DNA of 64,000 nt from Auanema rhodensis. Taxonomy: Eukaryota > Animalia > Nematoda. The notes under the pieces are model-generated. The model did no database searches, had not been told where the DNA came from, and was given only the letters and a program-made list of their open reading frames with translations. Position 1 is the stretch's first letter. Each line of letters begins with the position of its first letter. Below, one piece after another: positions 52,901-64,000 of the stretch. Made by a program: the position numbers and the translations under genes. The stretch covers positions 17,608,001 through 17,672,000 of the forward strand of contig OZ059898.1 in the NCBI GenBank assembly GCA_964057225.1, given 5' to 3'.

Positions 52901-55900
52901 TTGCCTTGAAAAAAGGAATCTAAAAACATCTACTTTTTGCTAAATTATTTCGAAATTTTTCGAAAAAATTTTTGTCAAAATGTTTTTGGAAGCAATGTTG
53001 AGTGTACATGGAAACTCAACATACACTATTGCATCATTTTTCAAACGATCATAACTAATTTTTGTAGTAAGCGTTTCTCAATGTAGTATAGTGCATTCGA
53101 TGCGGATTTTTAAGCTGCGTCGATCTGTGTTATCAGATTTGCGCTAGCTTAAAAATGCACCGAGACATCAACTGATATAAGTTCACACTTATATCCTCGA
53201 TTTTCACCCTGAAGAATTAATTTTTTCGTTCAATAACGTTGTCCATCGTCTTTGCCTTGAAAAAAGGAATCTAAAAACATCTACTTTTTGCTAAATTATT
53301 TCGAAATTTTTCGAAAAAATTTTTGTCAAAATGTTTTTGGAAGTAATGTTGAGTGTACATGGAAACTCAACATACACTAATGCATCATTTTTCAAACGAT
53401 CATAACTAATTTTTGTATTAAGCGTTTCTCAATGTAGTATAGTGCATTCGATTCGGATTTTTAAGCTGCGTTGATCTGTGTTGTCAGATTTGCGCTAGCT
53501 TGAAAATGCACCGAGACATCAACTGATATAAGTTCACACTTATATCCTCGATTTTCACCCTGAAGAAATAATTTTTTCGTTGAATAACATTGTCCATCGT
53601 CTTTGCCTTGAAAGAAGGAATCTAAAAACATCTACTTTTTGCTAAATTATTCTGAAATTTTTCGAAAAAATTTTTGTCAAAATGTTTTTGGAAGCAATGT
53701 TGAGTGTACATGGAAACTCAACATACACTAATGCATCATTTTTCAAACGATCATAACTAATTTCTGTATTAAGCGTTTCTCAATGTAGTATAGTGCATTC
53801 GATGCGGATTTTTAAGCTGCGTCGATCTGTGTTGTCAGATTTGCGCTAGCTTAAAAATGCACCGAGACATCAACTGATACAAGTTCACACTTATATCCTC
53901 GATTTTCACCCTGAAGAATTAATTTTTTCGTTGAATAACATTGTCCATCGTCTTTGCCTTGAAAAAAGGAATCTAAAAACATTTACTTTTTGCTAAATTA
54001 TTTTGAAATTTTTCGAAAAAATTTTTGTCAAAATGTTTTTGGAAGCAATGTTGAGTGTACATGGAAACTCAACATACACTATTGCATCATTTTTCAAACG
54101 ATCATAACTAATTTTTGTATTAAGCGTTTCTCAATGTAGTATAGTGCATTCGATGCGGATTTTTAAGCTGCGTCGATCTGTGTTATCAGATTTGCGCTAG
54201 CTTAAAAATGCACCGAGACATCAACTGATATAAGTTCACACTTATATCCTCGATTTTCACCCTGAAGAATTAATTTTTTCGTTGAATAACGTTGTCCATC
54301 GTCTTTGCCTTGAAAAAAGGAATCTAAAAACATCTACTTTTTGCTAAATTATTTCGAAATTTTTCGAAAAAATTTTTGTCAAAATGTTTTTGGAAGCAAT
54401 GTTGAGTGTACATGGAAACTCAACATACACTATTGCATCATTTTTCAAACGATCATAACTAATTTTTGTAGTAAGCGTTTCTCAATGTAGTATAGTGCAT
54501 TCGATGCGGATTTTTAAGCTGCGTCGATCTGTGTTATCAGATTTGCGCTAGCTTAAAAATGCACCGAGACATCAACTGATATAAGTTCACACTTATATCC
54601 TCGATTTTCACCCTGAAGAATTAATTTTTTCGTTCAATAACGTTGTCCATCGTCTTTGCCTTGAAAAAAGGAATCTAAAAACATCTACTTTTTGCTAAAT
54701 TATTTCGAAATTTTTCGAAAAAATTTTTGTCAAAATGTTTTTGGAAGTAATGTTGAGTGTACATGGAAACTCAACATACACTAATGCATCATTTTTCAAA
54801 CGATCAAAACTAATTTTTGTATTAAGCGTTTTTCAATGTAGTATAGTGCATTCGATGCGGATTTTTAAGCTGCGTCGATCTGTGTTATCAGATTTGCGCT
54901 AGCTTAAAAATGCACCGAGACATCAACTGATATAAGTTCACACTTATATCCTCGATTTTCACCCTGAAGAATTTATTTTTTCGTTGAATAACATTGTCCA
55001 TCGTCTTTGCCTTGAAAAAAGGAATCTAAAAACATCTACTTTTTGCTAAATTATTCTGAAATTTTTCGAAAAAATTTTTGTCAAAATCTTTTTGGAAGCA
55101 ATGTTGAGTGTACATGGAAACTCAACATACACTAATGCATCATTTTTCAAACGATCATAACTAATTTCTGTATTAAACGTTTCTCAATGTAGTATAGTGC
55201 ATTCGATGCGGATTTTTAAGCTGCGTCGATCTGTGTTATCAGATTTGCGCTAGCTTAAAAATGCACCGAGACATCAACTGATATAAGTTCACACTTATAT
55301 CCTCGATTTTCACCCTGAAGAATTAATTTTTTCGTTGAATAACATTGTCCATCGTCTTTGCCTTGAAAAACGAAATCTGAAAACTTCTACTTTTTGCTAA
55401 ATTATTTTGAAATTTTTCGAAAAAATTTTTGTCAAAATGTTTTTGGAAGCAATGTTGAGTGTACATGGAAACTCAACATACACTAATGCATCATTTTTCA
55501 AACGATCACAACTAATTTTTGTATAAAGCGTTTCTCAATGTAGTATAGTGCATTTGATGCAGATTTGTAAGCTGCGTCGATCTGTGTTATCAGATTTGCG
55601 CTAGCTTAAAAATGCACCGAGATATCAACTGATATAAGTTCACACTTATATCCTCGATTTTCACCCTGAAGAATTAATTTTTTCGTTGAATAACATTAGC
55701 CATCGTCTTTGCCTTATAAAAAGGAATCTAAAAACATTTACTTTTTGCTAAATTATTTTGAAATTTTTCGAAAAAATTTTTGTCAAAATGTTTTTGGAAG
55801 CAATGTTGAGTGTACATGGAAACTCAACATACACTAATGCATCATTTTTCAAACGATCATAACTAATTTTTGTATTAAGCGTTTCTCAATGTAGTATAGT

Positions 55901-58900
55901 GCATTCGATGCGGATTTTTAAGCTGCGTCGATCTGTGTTGTCAGATTTGCGCTAGCTTAAAAATGCACCGAGACATCAACTGATATAAGTTCACACTTAT
56001 ATCCTCGATTTTCACCCTGAAGAAATAATTTTTTCGTTGAATAACATTGTCCATCGTCTTTGCCTTGAAAAAAGGAATCTAAAAACATTTACTTTTTGCT
56101 AAATTATTTTGAAATTTTTCGAAAAAATTTTTGTCAAAATGTTTTTGGAAGCAATGTTGAGTGTACATGGAAACTCAACATACACTAATGCATCATTTTT
56201 CAAACGATCACAACTAATTTTTGTATAAAGCGTTTCTCAATGTAGTATAGTGCATTTGATGCAGATTTGTAAGCTGCGTCGATCTGTGTTATCAGATTTG
56301 CGCTAGCTTAAAAATGCACCGAGATATCAACTGATATAAGTTCACACTTATATCCTCGATTTTCACCCTGAAGAATTAATTTTTTCGTTGAATAACATTA
56401 GCCATCGTCTTTGCCTTATAAAAAGGAATCTAAAAACATTTACTTTTTGCTAAATTATTTTGAAATTTTTCGAAAAAATTTTTGTCAAAATGTTTTTGGA
56501 AGCAATGTTGAGTGTACATGGAAACTCAACATACACTAATGCATCATTTTTCAAACGATCATAACTAATTTTTGTATTAAGCGTTTCTCAATGTAGTATA
56601 GTGCATTCGATGCGGATTTTTAAGCTGCGTCGATCTGTGTTGTCAGATTTGCGCTAGCTTAAAAATGCACCGAGACATCAACTGATATAAGTTCACACTT
56701 ATATCCTCGATTTTCACCCTGAAGAAATAATTTTTTCGTTGAATAACATTGTCCATCGTCTTTGCCTTGAAAAAAGGAATCTAAAAACATTTACTTTTTG
56801 CTAAATTATTTTGAAATTTTTCGAAAAAATTTTTGTCAAAATGTTTTTGGAAGCAATGTTGAGTGTACATGGAAACTCAACATACACTATTGCATCATTT
56901 TTCAAACGATCATAACTAATTTTTGTATTAAGCGTTTTTCAATGTAGTATAGTGCATTCGATGCGGATTTTTAAGCTGCGTCGATCTGTGTTATCAGATT
57001 TGCGCTAGCTTAAAAATGCACCGAGACATCAACTGATATAAGTTCACACTTATATCCTCGATTTTCACCCTGAAGAAATAATTTTTTCGTTGAATAACAT
57101 TGTCCATCGTCTTTGCCTTGAAAGAAGGAATCTAAAAACATCTACTTTTTGCTAAATTATTCTGAAATTTTTCGAAAAAATTTTTGTCAAAATGTTTTTG
57201 GAAGCAATGTTGAGTGTACATGGAAACTCAACATACACTAATGCATCATTTTTCAAACGATCATAACTAATTTCTGTATTAAGCGTTTCTCAATGTAGTA
57301 TAGTGCATTCGATGCCGATTTTTAAGCTGCGTCGATCTGTGTTGTCAGATTTGCGCTAGCTTAAAAATGCACCGAGACATCAACTGATACAAGTTCACAC
57401 TTATATCCTCGATTTTCACCCTGAAGAATTAATTTTTTCGTTGAATAACATTGTCCATCGTCTTTGCCTTGAAAAAAGGAATCTAAAAACATTTACTTTT
57501 TGCTAAATTATTTTGAAATTTTTCGAAAAAATTTTTGTCAAAATGTTTTTGGAAGCAATGTTGAGTGTACATGGAAACTCAACATACACTATTGCATCAT
57601 TTTTCAAACGATCATAACTAATTTTTGTAGTAAGCGTTTCTCAATGTAGTATAGTGCATTCGATGCGGATTTTTAAGCTGCGTCGATCTGTGTTATCAGA
57701 TTTGCGCTAGCTTAAAAATGCACCGAGACATCAACTGATATAAGTTCACACTTATATCCTCGATTTTCACCCTGAAGAATTAATTTTTTCGTTGAATAAC
57801 ATTGTCCATCGTCTTTGCCTTGAAAAACGAAATCTGAAAACTTCTACTTTTTGCTAAATTATTTTGAAATTTTTCGAAAAAATTTTTGTCAAAATGTTTT
57901 TGGAAGCAATGTTGAGTGTACATGGAAACTCAACATACACTAATGCATCATTTTTCAAACGATCACAACTAATTTTTGTATAAAGCGTTTCTCAATGTAG
58001 TATAGTGCATTCGATGCAGATTTGTAAGCTGCGTCGATCTGTGTTATCAGATTTGCGCTAGCTTAAAAATGCACCGAGATATCAACTGATATAAGTTCAC
58101 ACTTATATCCTCGATTTTCACCCTGAAGAATTAATTTTTTCGTTGAATAACATTAGCCATCGTCTTTGCCTTATAAAAAGGAATCTAAAAACATTTACTT
58201 TTTGCTAAATTATTTTGAAATTTTTCGAAAAAATTTTTGTCAAAATGTTTTTGGAAGCAATGTTGAGTGTACATGGAAACTCAACATACACTAATGCATC
58301 ATTTTTCAAACGATCATAACTAATTTTTGTATTAAGCGTTTCTCAATGTAGTATAGTGCATTCGATTCGGATTTTTAAGCTGCGTTGATCTGTGTTGTCA
58401 GATTTGCGCTAGCTTGAAAATGCACCGAGACATCAACTGATATAAGTTCACACTTATATCCTCGATTTTCACCCTGAAGAAATAATTTTTTCGTTGAATA
58501 ACATTGTCCATCGTCTTTGCCTTGAAAGAAGGAATCTAAAAACATCTACTTTTTGCTAAATTATTCTGAAATTTTTCGAAAAAATTTTTGTCAAAATGTT
58601 TTTGGAAGCAATGTTGAGTGTACATGGAAACTCAACATACACTAATGCATCATTTTTCAAACGATCATAACTAATTTCTGTATTAAGCGTTTCTCAATGT
58701 AGTATAGTGCATTCGATGCGGATTTTTAAGCTGCGTCGATCTGTGTTGTCAGATTTGCGCTAGCTTAAAAATGCACCGAGACATCAACTGATACAAGTTC
58801 ACACTTATATCCTCGATTTTCACCCTGAAGAATTAATTTTTTCGTTGAATAACATTGTCCATCGTCTTTGCCTTGAAAAAAGGAATCTAAAAACATTTAC

Positions 58901-61900
58901 TTTTTGCTAAATTATTTTGAAATTTTTCGAAAAAATTTTTGTCAAAATGTTTTTGGAAGCAATGTTGAGTGTACATGGAAACTCAACATACACTATTGCA
59001 TCATTTTTCAAACGATCATAACTAATTTTTGTATTAAGCGTTTCTCAATGTAGTATAGTGCATTCGATGCGGATTTTTAAGCTGCGTTGATCTGTGTTGT
59101 CAGATTTGCGCTAGCTTGAAAATGCACCGAGATATCAACTGATATAAGTTCACACTTATATCCTCGATTTTCACCCTGAAGAAATAATTTTTTCGTTGAA
59201 TAACATTGTCCATCGTCTTTGCCTTGAAAAAAGGAATCTAAAAACATCTACTTTTTGCTAAATTATTCTGAAATTTTTCGAAAAAATTTTTGTCAAAATG
59301 TTTTTGGAAGCAATGTTGAGTGTACATGGAAACTCAACATACACTATTGCATCATTTTTCAAACGATCATAACTAATTTTTGTATTAAGCGTTTCTCAAT
59401 GTAGTATAGTGCATTCGATGCGGATTTTTAAGCTGCGTCGATCTGTGTTATCAGATTTGCGCTAGCTTAAAAATGCACCGAGACATCAACTGATATAAGT
59501 TCACACTTATATCCTCGATTTTCACCCTGAAGAATTAATTTTTTCGTTGAATAACGTTGTCCATCGTCTTTGCCTTGAAAAAAGGAATCTAAAAACATCT
59601 ACTTTTTGCTAAATTATTTCGAAATTTTTCGAAAAAATTTTTGTCAAAATGTTTTTGGAAGCAATGTTGAGTGTACATGGAAACTCAACATACACTATTG
59701 CATCATTTTTCAAACGATCATAACTAATTTTTGTAGTAAGCGTTTCTCAATGTAGTATAGTGCATTCGATGCGGATTTTTAAGCTGCGTCGATCTGTGTT
59801 ATCAGATTTGCACTAGCTTGAAAATGCACCGAGACATCAACTGATATAAGTTCACACTTATATCCTCGATTTTCACCCTGAAGAAATAATTTTTTCGTTG
59901 AATAACATTGTCCATCGTCTTTGCCTTGAAAGAAGGAATCTAAAAACATCTACTTTTTGCTAAATTATTCTGAAATTTTTCGAAAAAATTTTTGTCAAAA
60001 TGTTTTTGGAAGCAATGTTGAGTGTACATGGAAACTCAACATACACTAATGCATCATTTTTCAAACGATCATAACTAATTTCTGTATTAAGCGTTTCTCA
60101 ATGTAGTATAGTGCATTCGATGCGGATTTTTAAGCTGCGTCGATCTGTGTTGTCAGATTTGCGCTAGCTTAAAAATGCACCGAGACATCAACTGATACAA
60201 GTTCACACTTATATCCTCGATTTTCACCCTGAAGAATTAATTTTTTCGTTGAATAACATTGTCCATCGTCTTTGCCTTGAAAAAAGGAATCTAAAAACAT
60301 TTACTTTTTGCTAAATTATCTTGAAATTTTTCGAAAAAATTTTTGTCAAAATGTTTTTGGAAGCAATGTTGAGTGTACATGGAAACTCAACATACACTAT
60401 TGCATCATTTTTCAAACGATCATAACTAATTTTTGTATTAAGCGTTTCTCAATGTAGTATAGTGCATTCGATGCGGATTTTTAAGCTGCGTTGATCTGTG
60501 TTGTCAGATTTGCGCTAGCTTGAAAATGCACCGAGATATCAACTGATATAAGTTCACACTTATATCCTCGATTTTCACCCTGAAGAAATAATTTTTTCGT
60601 TGAATAACATTGTCCATCGTCTTTGCCTTGAAAAAAGGAATCTAAAAACATCTACTTTTTGCTAAATTATTCTGAAATTTTTCGAAAAAATTTTTGTCAA
60701 AATGTTTTTGGAAGCAATGTTGAGTGTACATGGAAACTCAACATACACTAATGCATCATTTTTCAAACGATCATAACTAATTTCTGTATTAAGCGTTTCT
60801 CAATGTAGTATAGTGCATTCGATGCGGATTTTTAAGCTGCGTCGATCTGTGTTGTCAGATTTGCGCTAGCTTAAAAATGCACCGAGACATCAACTGATAC
60901 AAGTTCACACTTATATCCTCGATTTTCACCCTGAAGAATTAATTTTTTCGTTGAATAACATTGTCCATCGTCTTTGCCTTGAAAAAAGGAATCTAAAAAC
61001 ATTTACTTTTTGCTAAATTATTTTGAAATTTTTCGAAAAAATTTTTGTCAAAATGTTTTTGGAAGCAATGTTGAGTGTACATGGAAACTCAACATACACT
61101 ATTGCATCATTTTTCAAACGATCATAACTAATTTTTGTATTAAGCGTTTCTCAATGTAGTATAGTGCATTCGATGCGGATTTTTAAGCTGCGTCGATCTG
61201 TGTTATCAGATTTGCGCTAGCTTAAAAATGCACCGAGACATCAACTGATATAAGTTCACACTTATATCCTCGATTTTCACCCTGAAGAATTAATTTTTTC
61301 GTTGAATAACGTTGTCCATCGTCTTTGCCTTGAAAAAAGGAATCTAAAAACATCTACTTTTTGCTAAATTATTTCGAAATTTTTCGAAAAAATTTTTGTC
61401 AAAATGTTTTTGGAAGCAATGTTGAGTGTACATGGAAACTCAACATACACTATTGCATCATTTTTCAAACGATCATAACTAATTTTTGTAGTAAGCGTTT
61501 CTCAATGTAGTATAGTGCATTCGATGCGGATTTTTAAGCTGCGTCGATCTGTGTTATCAGATTTGCGCTAGCTTAAAAATGCACCGAGACATCAACTGAT
61601 ATAAGTTCACACTTATATCCTCGATTTTCACCCTGAAGAATTAATTTTTTCGTTCAATAACGTTGTCCATCGTCTTTGCCTTGAAAAAAAAAATCTAAAA
61701 ACATCTACTTTTTGCTAAATTATTTCGAAATTTTTCGAAAAAATTTTTGTCAAAATGTTTTTGGAAGTAATGTTGAGTGTACATGGAAACTCAACATACA
61801 CTAATGCATCATTTTTCAAACGATCAAAACTAATTTTTGTATTAAGCGTTTTTCAATGTAGTATAGTGCATTCGATGCGGATTTTTAAGCTGCGTCGATC

Positions 61901-64000
61901 TGTGTTATCAGATTTGCGCTAGCTTAAAAATGCACCGAGACATCAACTGATATAAGTTCACACTTATATCCTCGATTTTCACCCTGAAGAATTTATTTTT
62001 TCGTTGAATAACATTGTCCATCGTCTTTGCCTTGAAAAAAGGAATCTAAAAACATCTACTTTTTGCTAAATTATTTTGAAATTTTTCGAAAGAATTTTTG
62101 TCAAAATGTTTTTGGAAGCAATGTTGAGTGTACATGGAAACTCAACATACACTAATGCATCATTTTTCAAACGATCATAACTAATTTCTGTATTAAACGT
62201 TTTTCAATGTAGTATAGTGCATTCGATGCGGATTTTTAAGCTGCGTCGATCTGTGTTATCAGATTTGCGCTAGCTTAAAAATGCACCGAGACATCAACTG
62301 ATATAAGTTCACACTTATATCCTCGATTTTCACCCTGAAGAATTAATTTTTTCGTTGAATAACATTGTCCATCGTCTTTGCCTTGAAAAACGAAATCTGA
62401 AAACTTCTACTTTTTGCTAAATTATTTTGAAATTTTTCGAAAAAATTTTTGTCAAAATGTTTTTGGAAGCAATGTTGAGTGTACATGGAAACTCAACATA
62501 CACTAATGCATCATTTTTCAAACGATCACAACTAATTTTTGTATAAAGCGTTTCTCAATGTAGTATAGTGCATTTGATGCAGATTTGTAAGCTGCGTCGA
62601 TCTGTGTTATCAGATTTGCGCTAGCTTAAAAATGCACCGAGATATCAACTGATATAAGTTCACACTTATATCCTCGATTTTCACCCTGAAGAATTAATTT
62701 TTTCGTTGAATAACATTAGCCATCGTCTTTGCCTTATAAAAAGAAATCTAAAAACATTTACTTTTTGCTAAATTATTTTGAAATTTTTCGAAAAAATTTT
62801 TGTCAAAATGTTTTTGGAAGCAATGTTGAGTGTACATGGAAACTCAACATACACTAATGCATCATTTTTCAAACGATCATAACTAATTTTTGTATTAAGC
62901 GTTTTTCAATGTAGTATAGTGCATTCGATGCGGATTTTTAAGCTGCGTCGATCTGTGTTGTCAGATTTGCGCTAGCTTAAAAATGCACCGAGACATCAAC
63001 TGATATAAGTTCACACTTATATCCTCGATTTTCACCCTGAAGAAATAATTTTTTCGTTGAATAACATTGTCCATCGTCTTTGCCTTGAAAGAAGGAATCT
63101 AAAAACATCTACTTTTTGCTAAATTATTCTGAAATTTTTCGAAAAAATTTTTGTCAAAATGTTTTTGGAAGCAATGTTGAGTGTACATGGAAACTCAACA
63201 TACACTAATGCATCATTTTTCAAACGATCATAACTAATTTCTGTATTAAGCGTTTCTCAATGTAGTATAGTGCATTCGATGCGGATTTTTAAGCTGCGTC
63301 GATCTGTGTTGTCAGATTTGCGCTAGCTTAAAAATGCACCGAGACATCAACTGATACAAGTTCACACTTATATCCTCGATTTTCACCCTGAAGAATTAAT
63401 TTTTTCGTTGAATAACATTGTCCATCGTCTTTGCCTTGAAAAAAGGAATCTAAAAACATTTACTTTTTGCTAAATTATTTTGAAATTTTTCGAAAAAATT
63501 TTTGTCAAAATGTTTTTGGAAGCAATGTTGAGTGTACATGGAAACTCAACATACACTATTGCATCATTTTTCAAACGATCATAACTAATTTTTGTATTAA
63601 GCGTTTCTCAATGTAGTATAGTGCATTCGATGCGGATTTTTAAGCTGCGTCGATCTGTGTTATCAGATTTGCGCTAGCTTAAAAATGCACCGAGACATCA
63701 ACTGATATAAGTTCACACTTATATCCTCGATTTTCACCCTGAAGAATTAATTTTTTCGTTGAATAACGTTGTCCATCGTCTTTGCCTTGAAAAAAGGAAT
63801 CTAAAAACATCTACTTTTTGCTAAATTATTTCGAAATTTTTCGAAAAAATTTTTGTCAAAATGTTTTTGGAAGCAATGTTGAGTGTACATGGAAACTCAA
63901 CATACACTATTGCATCATTTTTCAAACGATCATAACTAATTTTTGTAGTAAGCGTTTCTCAATGTAGTATAGTGCATTCGATGCGGATTTTTAAGCTGCG
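40936..64000. repeat. 351-bp tandem satellite array, right block (~66 monomers, more diverged, five 350-bp monomers)
   Basis: Same monomer. The phase shifts by a total of -5 bp by 63951 through single-base losses in one A-tract. Many additional variants (GAGACATC, GATACAAG, ACTATTGC, TTTCTGTATT, GAAAGAAGG). Confidence 0.99.

Noticed and set aside
1-64000. CRISPR-like array or coding repeat (351 = 117 codons)
   Set aside because: There are no unique spacers and no cas genes, and the ORF track shows no long ORF through the monomers.

Overview
Eukaryotic satellite DNA. The whole window is a head-to-tail array of an AT-rich 351-bp monomer (about 175 copies, same orientation, running off both ends). 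It is interrupted only by two near-identical copies of a 1257-bp Merlin-superfamily (IS1595/IS1016-related) DNA transposon at 36659-37915 and 39679-40935. Each copy has ~50-bp imperfect G/C-rich TIRs, an 8-bp target-site duplication (ATTAATTT) and a minus-strand transposase gene. The ORF track splits this gene in two, but removing a 43-nt GT-AG intron joins it into an intact 294-aa zinc-finger + DDE protein. The second copy did not arise by a new insertion. It belongs to a 3020-bp tandem duplication of [5 satellite monomers + transposon + TSD], so the transposon was amplified as part of a nascent higher-order repeat. The monomer is rich in dyad symmetries. The array changes from a very homogeneous, indel-free domain (1 to ~41 kb) to a more diverged domain (~42.7-64 kb). 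Local duplications of 1, 2, 3, 9, 12, 16 and 20 monomers can be traced through shared rare variants. No host genes, RNA genes or CRISPR arrays were found, and the organism could not be identified from the sequence alone.
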